A DNA stretch of 52,682 bases, filler included, from Bipalium vagum (GCA_037834085.1; 2 parts of 2 records of this genome joined end to end with filler, not necessarily neighbours in it); one strand, 5' to 3'. Shown: positions 1 to 13,199, counted from the first letter of the whole stretch. Program-made: numbers and translations. The notes: generated by a model from the sequence alone, not told the origin.

Positions 1-200
1 ATTTCAAAATCAGATAAAAATCAAATTTATTCAAAAATGTTAGCTCATTTCATAGAGAAAGATGAGTTTGATTATTTATATGATTTCAATATGAAAGAAA
101 AATATAATTATCTTTTTATAAATTTAGAATTCGAAGCTCTCTTACCATCAACATTCAACTAAGTTGAACTAGCAACAAAGCTGCGCATTTTAATATTTTA
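1..200 (+). pseudogene. Possible C-terminal remnant of a Polinton packaging ATPase
   Basis: Manual translation gives DEFDYLYDFNMKEKYNYLFINLE, which resembles Polinton ATPase C-termini. It lies directly upstream of the capsid-like remnant. Recognised by eye only. Confidence 0.3.
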
Positions 201-237
201 AAAACCTTCGGATTTTTTTTCAATTTTTTTCTAAAAA

Positions 238-1440
238 ATGAGTAATAATTTGAACTTAGATAAAAATACATATCATCAAGATTTAACTAAAATGTGACTT
301 TTTAGAAATTTCTTTAAATCCTACAACAGCAACAAATTTAAATAAAAATGGAAATTTAAGTTTTAGTTTATTACAAACAGCAAATGCTTTAGATTTATCA
401 GAAACACTTTTAGTTTTTGAAATTGAAATATTAGATATAAAAGCAGATGCAAATATAAATCTACAAAATAATTTTTTCAATACCTATTTTCTAATGCAAT
501 TTTAAAGTTAGGTTTAACAGAAGTAGAAACAATTGAATATTTAGGAACTTCAAATTCTATATTAAATTTTGTAATTTTTAATAATCAAAATTTTAAAGGA
601 GAAATATTTAGATGGATTCCTGATAAAATAAAGAAGGCGTAGCAAAAGACAAACAAGGACTTAAATCAAGTAAAAGGTTGTACTCTCAAAATAAATATAC
701 AGGTGAATTTCCATTAAAATTAATGTTTGGTTTTTTACAATATCTTAATAGAGTTACTTATGATATGCAAGAAGAATTAACATTTACAAGAAGAATAGAT
801 ATTGATAAAAATAGTTTATGGAACAAAACGAGTTAGAAAAATAAAATTAATTGATTTGAAATTAGTTATTCCAGAATAACAATTAAATCCTGAAACTGAA
901 TTAAAATTATTTTCTAGAATTGATGATTGAAAAAATATTATTGTAAACTTTTTATCAAAACATTGTGAAGAATGAAATCATACAAAAGGAACAACTCAAA
1001 CAATACAATTGTATAATATTCCAAATAAACCAATTTATTTATAACTTTTAGAGAATCTGAATTTGAATTTACAAAAAATAATAGTTTGTTTATTCAGGAT
1101 AAGATAAAATCTTTAAGAATTCAAGTTAATTATTCTTATTATCCATTAAATCCTATTCAATTTGAAAAAGGGAAAAATAATAGAACTTATTCAAATTATG
1201 TAAAAGCATGTGAATATTTTGGAAATGATCCTCAATTAAGTTTATTGGAATTTCAAAATTTATATTCAATATTTTGTTTTGATTTAAAAGATGTTTAAAT
1301 GGTGCAGTTGTAACTCTATATTTTAAAAGATAAAAACTTTAAAGGAAAAATAAATCTTGTTTTGTTACAAGAACTATTTATGGAAATAAAATTAAAAGGA
1401 GGAAAAATGTTTAAAATTGAAACAAAGACAAAACAGAGTT
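238..1440 (+). pseudogene. Polinton/Maverick major capsid protein-like remnant with stops and frameshifts
   Basis: Fragments NNFFQYLFSNAILKLG..VETIEYLG, FPLKLMFGFLQY..RVTY and ORF 1086-1298 (..EFQNLYSIFCFDL) resemble Polinton capsid proteins. Convergent with the pPolB remnant. Confidence 0.55.
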
Positions 1441-1734
1441 TGAGAAAATAAAAATTTTATATTTTTATAATTTTTTATTACATTTTTAATAAACGTTTTT
1501 ATTGTTTTTTTCAATTTATAAATTTTAAAAAAGGATCTTGATAGATATATCAGAAATATTTTTATTTTTTAATTATTTATTTATTGGTAAACTCTAAGTA
1601 TACCAACTTTTGATGATTTATAAATTTTGAAAAAAGATCTTGATAACAGATACTAGCAATTATTTTTTTATTGAATAAAATTTTAATATAACTTATTACA
1701 TTTCCATTTTATTTGTCTTTTATTAAAATCAAAA

Positions 1735-4270
1735 TCATACATTTTCTATTCTTTGTATTCTATTAAAATTATTAAAACTATTTCCTGTGAATTTAAATTT
1801 TATACTTTCTACTATTTCATAATTTTCTTCCTTACTTGAGTTAAACGGATTATTAGTATTATTTAACACTAAATTTCTTTTCTTTTCAAAAGTTAGTTTA
1901 TCTGAATTAATAATATTTTTAACAAAACCTTTTGTTTTACCAGTTGTAACTATTTCTTTTTTATTAGTACTCCAAATTTTCATGTGATAGTCTTTTGGAG
2001 CAGGTACGACTATTTCTGTTATATAAGATTCAATCCCATAATCTTTTCAACTTCTTCTGTTAAATCTCCTAAATTTTCTCCTTGTAATTTTTCTATTTTT
2101 CTAGCAGGCTTACATTCTTCGTGACTACAATTTTTATTTTCACAAGAATCATCAATAAATATTGTACTATCAGTATCACAATAAATTACTCTTTTATTTA
2201 ATGTTTCCAAAAGATTGTATAATCTTAATCTTGCATGATCAGTTGTAAATAATGCTATATAAATATTTGTAGTTTTACTTAGTTTTTTCCATTCTTCTTT
2301 TATATGATATTTCATCATCCAAACTTCTTCATTTAAAAAAATTGGATTTGGTTCTTTAATTTTGTCATCGAATATTATTTTACAAATACCATTATAATTA
2401 TAAACATATGAACATTTTTCAAAACCATCTCTCATTCCAAAATGTCCTTATAAACTAACTTAACAAATTTTAGCTATAAATCTTAAACCAGCATTAAATT
2501 TAATATTATCAATATCTAGATCATACGTCATATTTTCTGTTACAAATTCAATTTTTGTATTAATATCTTTTTCATTCTTACAATCAGGTTTACAATGTTT
2601 AGGTTCACTTTTACAACCAGATGCTTCCAATTTATATTTCATAAATATATTTACATAGTCTTCAAATAATCCTTTTCTTGTTTTTTCAAAATGTTCTATT
2701 TCATAAATTTTAATTAATTGATATCCTTTTTCAATTGCTTTAATTATTTCGATAGTTGACCAAGTTCCAACTAAACATCTTTCTTCATCATTATAATTAA
2801 ATTTTTAATTTCTAAAATTATAACATGTCCTACAATTTATTTTGCATGAATTAAGTTATATTTATTATTTAAACAAATTTTACATCTATTTATTTTATGC
2901 GAACTTCATTGTTAGAACCTTTGGTTCGATCCTGAATTTCAGTATTTGGACAACAACTGCTTTTAACATAGTGATTACAATGAATATTTATTTTTTCCAT
3001 ACATGTTTTACATAATATAAATAATAACTTGTGAGCATTTCCTATTTCTTGTTTATAAGGTAAAACTGGTAAATGTAAATTTCTTGGTGGTAAAATTTTA
3101 CATTTCATAATTCCAAAGTAACCACATTTTTTTACTAAATATTCTTGTGGTGAAATATTCAATATTTTTATAGGATGACCAACTGAATATTCATCATATT
3201 TATTTACAGTTGGATGCAATGAAACAAAATCTACATATTTGATTTTTTCAGTTTCACTTTTATGATATAATTTTATAGGTACGGTTCCTCCTCCATAAAA
3301 TCTTCTGTAGGTTTTAGTTGAGATAACTTGGGATCAATTTTAAAATTTTTAAAATCTTGATTTTCTAAAAGTTTTTCACATTCACATTCCAATAATTCTA
3401 TAAATTCTAATTTTGTATTTGTATTATAAATATATTTTATAATATTATTCTTTTTTCCTAAAGTTTGATTATTTAAAAATTCCATTGTTTTATTTCCTTT
3501 TTTAAAAATTTCTTCTTTATTATAACATTTTAAACAACCATGAAAATAGCAACTATTGAATTCATAAATATAATAAGTTTTAGAAGTTTGATCATAATAA
3601 AATTCATCAGCTTTGTTTGTTTTTTTATTAGCTCATAGTTTTTTCTCCTCTTTTTGCATGTTGAATATTTATATTTTTTATTTTACTTAAATATTCCAAA
3701 CAATGAACACAATTATGTGAATATATATTTTCAAAATTACTTAATCTTGGAATTCCAATTTCTTCATTATCAATCATAGACATAAATATTTCTGTACAAA
3801 TTTGAGCAAATGTCATATATTGCAAAGGATCCATATTTAATTTTTGGGTTTCTGATAAATTTATATTTAAAAATAAATCTCTAAAAATTAAAAAACCATT
3901 AGTTAAAATCAGAACATGAGATTATCTGTTATCAATATTAAAACATTTGAAAATTAAAAATTTCATTATTTTGTACTTTCTCAGTATGCCATTGTTTTAA
4001 TAAATTTTTTTCTTTATTATTATCGTTCATATAACTATAACCTTAAAATTCTAAATCTGGATATTTACTAATGTAATTTTGATTTTTTGTTGTATTGAAA
4101 TAATGTGGAAAATATCCTTTGGAATCTTTAGTCCCAAATGTTTCTGAAAAAGTTTTTAATGGACATAAAGTAAAATTTATTGAATCTATAAATCTTATTA
4201 AAATTTTTTATTTGCATGTATGTGACTTTATTTCTGAGCTAATTTTTTCAACTGGCAATTTATTTTGAAT
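1735..4270 (-). pseudogene. Protein-primed family B DNA polymerase of a Polinton/Maverick, fragmented
   Basis: Collinear ORF pieces: YVDFVSLHPTVNKYDEYSVGHP (DxxSLYP motif), PPRNLHLPVLP, KYKLEASG, NAGLRFIAKIC, IALFTTDHARLRLY, IYCDTDS, GENLGDLT, and upstream FIDSINF..PLK and KGYFPHYFN. Confidence 0.9.
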
Positions 4271-4279
4271 TAACCAACT

Positions 4280-5430
4280 CACAAGAAGTTGCATGGCCAC
4301 CTAGAACAGCACAGAGAAGGTAGTCTCTTTATTCACCGATAATCAACTAACAGAGATCCCAAACATTGGATCATCTGATCATCTGAATCATCTAATTTCG
4401 ACATTGAATTCTATATCGTGACCGGGTTCATCGAAAAAATTGCAAAACTTTGTGTATACGTCGGCCCGGAATCAGGTATTGCACTTCAAAATGAATACCA
4501 ATCGGAATTTTTTCACCTGCTCCCACTAAATAAGATGGAAGAATGGGAAATTATCTTCTGGACAATCCACTGGAACGGAGACCATTGGTTACTTTTCATA
4601 GCCGATAATAATCGAAAATCTACAATGTTGCTAGATCCACTAAGAGGAGAAAACACGGATGAACAAGAGGCATTTCATGGAATACTCAACCAACTTATCA
4701 ACATAATCAATAATCTCCTTAATATACCAGGATATATAAATCTGACCATGGTGTCAGAAGAAACACATCCACTACAAACCAATTTTTATGGTTGCGGAGT
4801 ATATGTATGCCAATACGCATATGATTATGCATACAGTCGTGACAGAATCAAATTTACAAAGCCGGAAGCGAGGAGGATAAGAAGCATTATTTCATTGGCT
4901 CCACACAATACGAACAACATACAGACCGCGGCGAAAAGCAACAAATCGTACGACAGAAAAAAGCCAACAATACCAGATGAAGAATTAATATTCAGTGACA
5001 ATCAATATAAAGTGGCGATACGCGACGCACCACCTGCTGCAATCAAACTTGATAGCCCCATAATGATATCATCGATAACTGGCTCATTCAAACCTGGGTA
5101 TGGTAAATCAAAGTACTTGGCTGATCATGAAAATGCGAAAATAAAAACCGATGAATTCTTATTATTCATCAAATATTATATGATTACTGGCTCAATGAAC
5201 CAGACTGATGCAATTCAACTTATCAAGAATTTTGTTAATAAAGACAAACAGCCAAGTAACCGGTCACCAATATCAAATGTCCAAAAACATCAGCACCCAT
5301 ACAGTCAACAACAAGAAGCAGGCTTTCAAAACTTCATTTAGTCAGAAACGTCTTTGCGAAAACTTTTTCAGAAAACAAGGAAAGATAAACTTAGCCTATC
5401 AATTACGGATGAAAGGATCAAAAATAGGAG
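4280..5430 (+). mobile_element. Fragment of a NeSL-clade non-LTR retrotransposon: Ulp1-like protease domain and linker (ORF 4418-5341)
   Basis: IFWTIHWNGDHWLLFIAD..LLDP..LQTNFYGCG gives the His/Asp/Gln/Cys pattern of C48 (Ulp1) proteases and matches the 47304 ORF (IIWPIHWQSNHWLIF..LLDP..LQGPGFDCG). GC content rises abruptly relative to the Polinton flanks. Confidence 0.75.
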
Positions 5431-5879
5431 GAGCTAAAATTGAATTTGCCATCTGGCAAATTTTTGTGTATTAATTTTTAAATAAACTCTTTCGTATTTA
5501 TTTTGAATTATATTAATAGAATTTTGTGCAAAATTTTGTATTATTAAATTTTTAGAATTATTTCCATTATAATTAACAGTTTCTTCGTTTTCCAACGGGT
5601 ATTGGTAAAGTGAAAACTCAAAAATTACGTCTTCAATATTTATTGTTTGTTCTGATTGTAAATTTTTTTCAAATCTTGTAAATAATTTATTTACTACTTT
5701 ACCTTTTATACATAAAGGAAAACAACTATGTCCTGAATAAATTAAAGAATGTAAAGGTGTCAGTTTAACATTATAATAATAATTATTATTTGTAATGGTT
5801 TCTAAAATACGATTTAAACAATTAGTAGTAGTTTTCTCTGTAATATCATTCGGAGAAATTTTAAAAGAAGTTGTTCAAT

Positions 5880-6260
5880 TTATTTATCATTCCGTTCAGC
5901 CTTTTGTGGAATTCTTGTTGTCGTTCACAGTTTGAAGGTCGCAGTGGTACCAGCAGTAGTGAGATTTTTTTTATCATTATCTGCGATAAAAAGCAACCAG
6001 TGATTGCCGTTCCAACGGATTGGCCAAAGTATTATTTCCCAATCGTCTTTGTTAAATGGTAATAAGCCGAAAAAACCTGATATGTTATCATTATACATTG
6101 CCAAGGCTGGTTCTGGACCCACGTATACGCAAAGTTTGAGATATTTTTGGGTCACATTATTCCGAATGAATGCTTCAATATCATAATTTGATAGTCAATC
6201 TGAAAATCTTGTTTCTTGAGATATCTTATCAAGTGATATATATGTGGATAACTTATTGTT
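5880..6260 (-). mobile_element. Second Ulp1-domain retrotransposon fragment, inverted relative to the first
   Basis: ORF 5925-6155 KLCVYVGPE..WEIILWPIRWNGNHWLLFIADN. The in-frame upstream sequence reads TRFSD*LSNYDIEAFIRNN, with TGA CTA at 6197-6192. Confidence 0.75.
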
Positions 6261-6597
6261 TGGTAAAGTTTATAGCATAGGTAAGTTTTGAAGAAATCAC
6301 ATTATTCAATTTGTTAATTTCCTCACAAAATTCTTTTTATGAATGTACTTGAGTCATTCATTGAATTTTTCGTTCATGTAGGTATTTACTTGAAAGTGCT
6401 TCGCTACTCCTGAACCCCAATCTTGAATTTTACTAAATTCTAAGTAAAGTAGATTAGATATATTAGAAAATGACTCGATTATCGCGCAATTTCGTAGAAA
6501 GCTGTGAATTGGTTTCTTGGCAAATGTAAAAAAATAATTGAAAAATTCTTAATATAACCAACAATATTAAGCAAAGAATAAAAATATCAAGAAAAAA

Positions 6598-7960
6598 CCG
6601 ACACAAATTAATTGCCGATATTTCCAAAAAATCGATTTTTATTCATAAAAATGTACCAATACGATTCTAATAGTTTATTGAGCTTCCGTGAGCATAAATA
6701 GTCTCATGAAATTCTATTTGGCATTGAAGTTACCAAATTTTCCAGGATGTATTGATCCATGTCTTCCCAACACCCAATAACTGCCGATCGTAGCTCATGA
6801 ATGGAATTGAATTGGTTTCCACCAACATACACCTTCCGAACCAACACTCCCCATACGTTTTCTATGGGATTTAGATCCGGTGAGTACGGCGGCCAGTCCA
6901 TAACCTCAATATTTTTGCTTTTTACCCTTTCCATAGTTGAACGGGATACATGGTACCTGAAAGACAGGGCTGAATCCGCCAAAATCTTTTATAAAAGGTA
7001 GTAGATTGTCTTTCAGGGGTTTCTGATACCCCCATTGATTTAGATTGCTGGAAAGAGTCGCCAGACTCGACCTGCCACTGAAATTGAAACAGGCCTAAAT
7101 CATTAAAGATCCTCCGCCCGAGTGTATTTAGAAAAATTGCATGTTTTCTTTTCTCAAATCATACCGATAGTAAGCATGATCATCTGGTCCGTCTAAATTA
7201 AATTTCTTCGTCACTCCAGATGACCTGCTTCCATTCGTCATCTTGCTTCTATGACCTTCCTCGTGCTACTTTAGTTTTCGCCCAATGTGTTCAACTTTCA
7301 GTGGTGGTTTCATAATTAATTTTTATATTTTAAGACTTGGGAATTGTTGATAACACGGCGGATAGTCTCCTTGCTTAAGTTCATGTTTAATTGTCGAGTT
7401 TGAAATCGATTTATTGCTGGCTTTGCGAATAATCAATCGTTTCGTTTTGGGAGAAATCTTTGTATTTGGGCCAGGCTTACGATTTTTGTATCTCTATTTT
7501 TCAAATAATATCTTATGGAGCTTTCATTTCTGTTTAACTTATTTTCGATTTATCTGCTTGATTTTCCGACTTCGTGGTAGGCATTAATCATACTTTTCTC
7601 AATGTCGGACATTTTGCTTAAATTTGGCATGGTAAGAATTTACTAAATAGTTTAAATTATAATGTTTATCATTATTAATTCTCACATTATATATTGTAAA
7701 AATTTTAAGTATAAAATTAAAATTGATAAAGGAAATCCAAATTCAATTTAGTGCGGCAATTAATTATGGTCAACAAAAATTTTGAATTATATAAACAAAT
7801 TAAATTTAGTTAAATTACAACTTAGTTTAAATAATACAATGCTATTCAAATAAGTTCTTATATCTTGACTTTCATCAATTTTATGAAAATTTAATTAGTT
7901 TAAAAATAATCAAGATTTCTTGATTTTACAAGGTGGGGCAATTAATATGTGGTGCATTGT
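6598..7960 (-). mobile_element. Tc1/Tc3-like DNA transposon, decayed, left end incomplete
   Basis: DWPPYSPDLNPIENVWG (6704-6982) and upstream VIWSDE.KFNLDGPD. Repeated GGCAATTAAT boxes near 7755 and 7937 have an inverted counterpart near 6608. Ends in ..CATTG-TA. Confidence 0.85.
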
Positions 7961-7989
7961 AATAATAATAATAATGTTTCACATTTAAC

Positions 7990-8200
7990 ATTAAAACTTA
8001 AATATAATATTAGAGATCATGTAAAAATTTTAAATATAAAAATAAATTTGAAAAAGGATACACAGCAAAATGGAAAAATAAAATATTTATTATAAATAAA
8101 TTTTATTATAGAAATCCAATTGTTTATAGAATTATTGATTTAAAAGGAGAAAAGATTATTGAAAGATTTTAAAAAAATGAATTACAGAAAAGTAGCTCCC
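7990..8200 (+). pseudogene. C-terminal remnant of a Polinton retroviral-like integrase
   Basis: Manual translation KNKFEKGYTAKW..KIFII..RNPIVYRIIDLKGEKIIERF*KNELQK matches the typical F.KGY..W..Y.L.D..GE.I.G.FY..ELQ tail of these integrases. Confidence 0.6.
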
Positions 8201-8499
8201 TATAAAATATTGTAATAATATTTTAATAAAAATTTCAAAGATTTCTATTTATTCTTTAAAATAAAATTTTAAATTTTAAAAATATATAGTAAGTTTTTTA
8301 AATGTTTTATTTTATCTACACTATCACTAATTGATACTTATTTACTATAGCTTAGTGATATTTATTTACTATCACTTACTGATATTAATTGTTTTCATCG
8401 TTATAAGGTCAAAAATAATAATTATATTATTGTCATCATAATAATCAAAACATTAATTTTTTTCATTTATAATTATTAATTCATTAATTTTTTTATTTA

Positions 8500-8740
8500 G
8501 TGAGAAAGCAATAAGGATATTCAAAAGCTGAAAAAGAGACTTTATAAACCCTGTTTTCAGCAGTAAAATCGTACAATAAACTTGCTAACTAATAGCGAAA
8601 GAGTCCTATTAACAGAAAATCTAAAGCAGAGTACGAATTACAAGTTAATTAATAATTAACTTCGATAATTAAAGCATTGACTTTACATCAATTTTTGATT
8701 TTATTATTTCAATTTCTTTTTTTATTGTTTTATTGTATCA
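8500..8740. repeat. Dispersed repeat, copy 1
   Basis: GCTGAAAA..TATAAACCCTGTTT.CAG and a downstream CTTTACAT..TTTTTATTGTTTT block recur at 12715-13010. Confidence 0.55.
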
Positions 8741-9249
8741 ATGGGCGATGATTTCAACATCTAAGATTAAAATTTTTTATAAAAGCATACCAAGAAGGAT
8801 CTAAGTAATAATTAAAAATAAACGTATGAATAAAGAGTACATATTTCTAGTACCTCAAATTTTCATGATATTGAATGTTTCTTAAAACGTGTTTGGTTAT
8901 TTGAAATGAATATAAAGAAGTTGTACTGTTGTTTTAGTCTTGTATTCAAAATGACTTAAAAATTGAGGTTTTTGAAAAAATCAGCTTTTCAACATTTAAA
9001 AAAATAATGCTTTGAAAATTATTGATTGGAAATATGTACCTCAAGATATTACCTCATATAATTAAATAAAGACTGAATCAAAGTACTTATAGTATTATAT
9101 ATTCATCATTCTAAGGAAATTATAGGGGTGGCCCAAAATAATATGGACGGCATTGTATTGTCTTAACTATTTTAGCAATTCCTCGTATTATATACATTTC
9201 TTTCAAAAATGAGTTGGTTAGCCTAAAGCAACCTTTTGTAACTAATAAT

Positions 9250-10416
9250 TACAATAAGCACAAAAAATCTGATCACTATTAAATTAAGACAAATTTTCTT
9301 AAAACTTTCATTAATAAATTAATAACGTCAATATTTCGTAGGCAATCCATCATTGGCAATTACGGCTTGACATCTGTGTGGTATGCTCTCGACAAGACTC
9401 ATGAGGAAATCTGGTTTTAAATTTTTCCATCGAAGCGCAAAAGTTTAAATAAACCATTTTCATTTGTTGGATTTCTATTTGTCACTTGTTCTTCCAAAAA
9501 AATCCATAAGTTTTCAATAGAATTTAAATATTTTTATGTAAATGTTTTGAAATATTTTTCGCGTTGTTCTTCGGACAATTGTCATGCTGAAACACATAAT
9601 GACCATCTGGGAACAATTTTTTTAATGAAGGTATCATTTGCTTTGTTAGTTGAAAATTAATCGGAGATACCGGAATTCGAACCCGGGATCTTCACATGCA
9701 CATGCACTGCTCTGACCGCTGAGCTACATTCCCCGACTAACTTTCAATTTATCTCACATGCGTAATTAATATTCGACGATATTTTTCTTCATCCATTATT
9801 TAGTGAATTCTACAAGGATTTCCAAAATTATGTGCGGTGAAACATCCCCATGCCAAATGTCTTTGCTGATTAATAGCAGAGACAAAATGTTTTCTCACCT
9901 GAAAATGTGAGTAATACCCAGTAATCTGTAATTTTCATGTAATCTGTTAAGAATGGTTTTTGGTGATACATTCATCTCAATCTACTTTGATGGCAATAGC
10001 CGAAATAGTTCGAAAACTTACTGCCACAGAAACAATGTTTTGATCATCACCAATGGTTGTCTTTCTTTTCTTTCCACTGCCAACCTTTTTTTTGTAATTT
10101 GAAGTTTCTTTGAAATCTTTCAAACCTTTAGCATTTGACGACTGAGGTTTCCCAATTTTCTTTGATATTTCTCTTCCTGACAGTCAGCAAACTATCCTTT
10201 TAGAAAATCCACTAGCTTCACCATTTTATCTATAATAATAATCTGGACTAATTGAAATTACACAAAATTTTAATTAAAAAAAAAGTTTAGCTAAACAAAT
10301 ACATAATTTAATCGATTACAAATTCGATGTTAAAATATTTATTGTTATATAAAATTATATTAAGAAAAAAAAATATATTAAAAATAAAGTGATCGGATTT
10401 TTTTTGTGCGTAAGTA
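9250..10416 (-). mobile_element. Tc1-like transposon remnant with terminal inverted repeats
   Basis: TIRs TACAATAAGCACAAAAAATCTGATCACT (9250-9277) and AGTGATCGGATTTTTTTTGTGCGTAAGTA (10388-10416). Internal fragments VFQHDNCP, LNSIENLW, LVESIPHRCQAVI and SGKRKTT. Confidence 0.75.
9662..9734 (-). tRNA. tRNA-Ala(TGC)-like sequence, probably a pseudogene or SINE head, inserted in the Tc1 remnant
   Basis: GGGAATG-TA-GCTC-AGCGGTCA-GAGC..TGC..CCGGG-TTCGAAT-TCCGG-TATCTCC. The D arm, T arm and A/B boxes are recognisable; the anticodon stem pairs poorly. Confidence 0.7.
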
Positions 10417-11089
10417 GTAACTTTCTGTTGTCCAACCCAAAAATATTACCTATAATTTTTGTAGATTCACTTGAATAATAAAAAATGTTTGGTAAACTTT
10501 TTATGTTTTAATTCAAGTTTCATTTCTATTTCTTTAAAATTTTTGTCCTTATTGTAAAATTTCTTTTTTTATTCTAGTTAATGTTTTATCTTTTTTTCTG
10601 TTACGGTTTTGAGTTATGGCTATTATCTGACCCTAATAAATAAAGATGTACGATGTAGGGGTAAAATAGTGAACTAATCACAAATGAAATAAGAATACTC
10701 TTTTTGTAAAATTTATTTTTTTATTACAGTTTTTACAAACTTTAGTAAAAATAAAAATGTATTAATTACTTTTAAGAACTATACTAGGAAGATTAAAGAA
10801 GCCCCGAAGCAAAGTAAATAATCGTATGATTAGTTGAACATATCGTACATGTCGGAAAACAAAATCAAAAAGGATTTAAAATTTTCAATTAAACAAAAAC
10901 AGAAACAGGAAATTATATTCGAGCTCTGTATAATTAAATTATTTAAAATTTGTGAATGTAATAATTCACTTAGACTTTATTAATTTATTGATTTCAAGAA
11001 TTCTAAAAAACTCAAATTCACTGTCTTATTTGAAGCTTTGAATTTTTTATAAATTATTTTTTTCTTTAACTTTTAAAGATTGGTTGTCT

Positions 11090-11811
11090 TATTGGAGTGG
11101 TCCACAAGTCTTCGTATTTTGGTTTCACTATTTGAAATTAATTTTGTAATTGATATAAATATTGAAATCTTTACAAATATATCATTTTGAAGATAAAAAC
11201 TTCCTTTATCAAACGTAAATTAATTTTTATTAAATTATTGTAAATTACTGCATTCACTTGTCTAGAAAATATGGATAAATTGGAAATTAGAGTACTGTTA
11301 GAGACATTATTGTAAACAAACTTTCAATGCAACACAAGCAGCCAAAAAGATATATGAGGCTGAGGGTGAGGACTTTGTTTCAATTAGTATGGCCCAAAAA
11401 CTGGTTCAAAAAATTTATTCAAGGACAGAATTCCCAAGACATAAGTTCTTAGACATTTTCATTCAATGGATAAGGTAAATAGATGCTGTCGACAAATTTC
11501 TCACGAATTGACAGAAAATCAAATTAATATGCGTATGTACAAGTACCAAAAACTGATTTCAACTCCTTTTGATGCCCGTTTTATAAGATGAACCTTTGAT
11601 TAAAAATGGATCCTTCTAGATAACCCTAACAGACAAAAACAATTGTATGACCCCGGACAATTGCCAAACCAGGTACCAAAGGAAGAACGCGGGATCCAAC
11701 AACTTGCCGATAGATGTATTCAAACTATTAAATCAAATGGTCTTTATTTTGAGGCTTAATAAATTTTTGATCTTGTTCTATTTTGTTTTAAATTTTTGGA
11801 CCACCTTAATA
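11090..11811 (+). mobile_element. Internally deleted mariner element
   Basis: Imperfect TIRs TATTGGAGTGGTCCACAA and TTTTGGACCACCTTAATA. N-terminus MDKLEIRVLL..NATQAAKKIYEAEG and C-terminus LADRCIQTIKSNGLYFE. Confidence 0.8.
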
Positions 11812-12714
11812 AACTAATTTTCCAAGTTTTTTGAATAAAGGAAATCATGATTTTTACCTGCATATTTATATTTTTTTAAACCTATTTATGCATATTGACG
11901 TCATACCTATTTTTATTACAGGCATCATTTCCATAATTATTATAAGACGTTATTTATTTCATTTCCATGGCATCATTTCTTTATATATTATATTTTGCTA
12001 TTATATATATAGGGATAAAATAAAAGATATGACGGATCCCATAACTATTGATGGGTCAGAATAATTTTTGACGAATCATTGGATAATTATTTGGATGTCG
12101 ATAATAAAGTGGTCAGGTGAGTAATTTTGATGATTAACGATTTAGTGGCCAATCATATTCAAGAAAACTTGTTTGGTGAGAAAGTCTCCGACAAACACCA
12201 TATCTAGTTAATTCAACCGATATAAAAAACGCTTATTGAAATATATCGAGAATCTCAGAGATTTAGTAGCTACCACATCCGCCAAAAAAATTCCTAAGAG
12301 TGCATTGACAAACCAAACAACCAAGCCAATGGTGGCAACCACAATTGATCTCACATAAATCAGTTTGTAAAAAAAACTGAAAACATAAAATTTGTATTCT
12401 AATATTTGATTGTCTTTATTTTGAGTTGGAAAACAATAACATTTGTTTTTTTTTATAAAATATCCTTGGTGTATTATGTGTATCAAAATAATAACAATAA
12501 ATAATAAATTCTTTTTTAATTAATTACATTTATAAAATATTAATTAGTGAGTAGAAAATAATAATTTCCTAAAATAAATTAAAACTAATTAATTTAGTTG
12601 TACAAATAAAGATATAATTACTTAAAATAAATAAAAAGCACTTAGGTACTACCTAAAATAAATAATCACTGGCAATATTGGTAGGATTTTGGTAAAATTA
12701 GTAAAAAATAAAAT

Positions 12715-13010
12715 TAGCCAATTAAAATCGTTAAAGGCTGAAAACAGTCCTATATAAACCCTGTTTCCAGTCATAACGCAGACACAAAAAGTTTCTCAAA
12801 CTAAAAATAGAGAATTCTATTTCGTAGGAAAGAAGTAAATAAGAAATTATCCATGATGGGTAGCAAAATAATTTAAATACAAAAGAAGAATTAAAGTAAA
12901 ACAAAAATAGATGAATTAATAAAAATATTAATGAATATCGGTAATTAAAGGAAAAGCTTTACATTATCGATTCATTTTTACATTTCCAAATTTCTCTTTT
13001 TATTGTTTTC
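12715..13010. repeat. Dispersed repeat, copy 2, with CCAAT and TATATAA
   Basis: Similar to 8500-8740. Confidence 0.55.
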
Positions 13011-13199
13011 TTGAACACTTTACTCTACTAACATATAGGGTTTAGAGTAACATTTTTTTAAATACGGGGACTCTACGATTTTCAAAATTCAAGATCAAGA
13101 ATAACAATAATAATACTATAATAATTGTTTAAATAGTATCTGTGTATATTTTGTAATAAAACAAATATATATCTTAAAAAGTGTCATTTTAGTTTCTTA

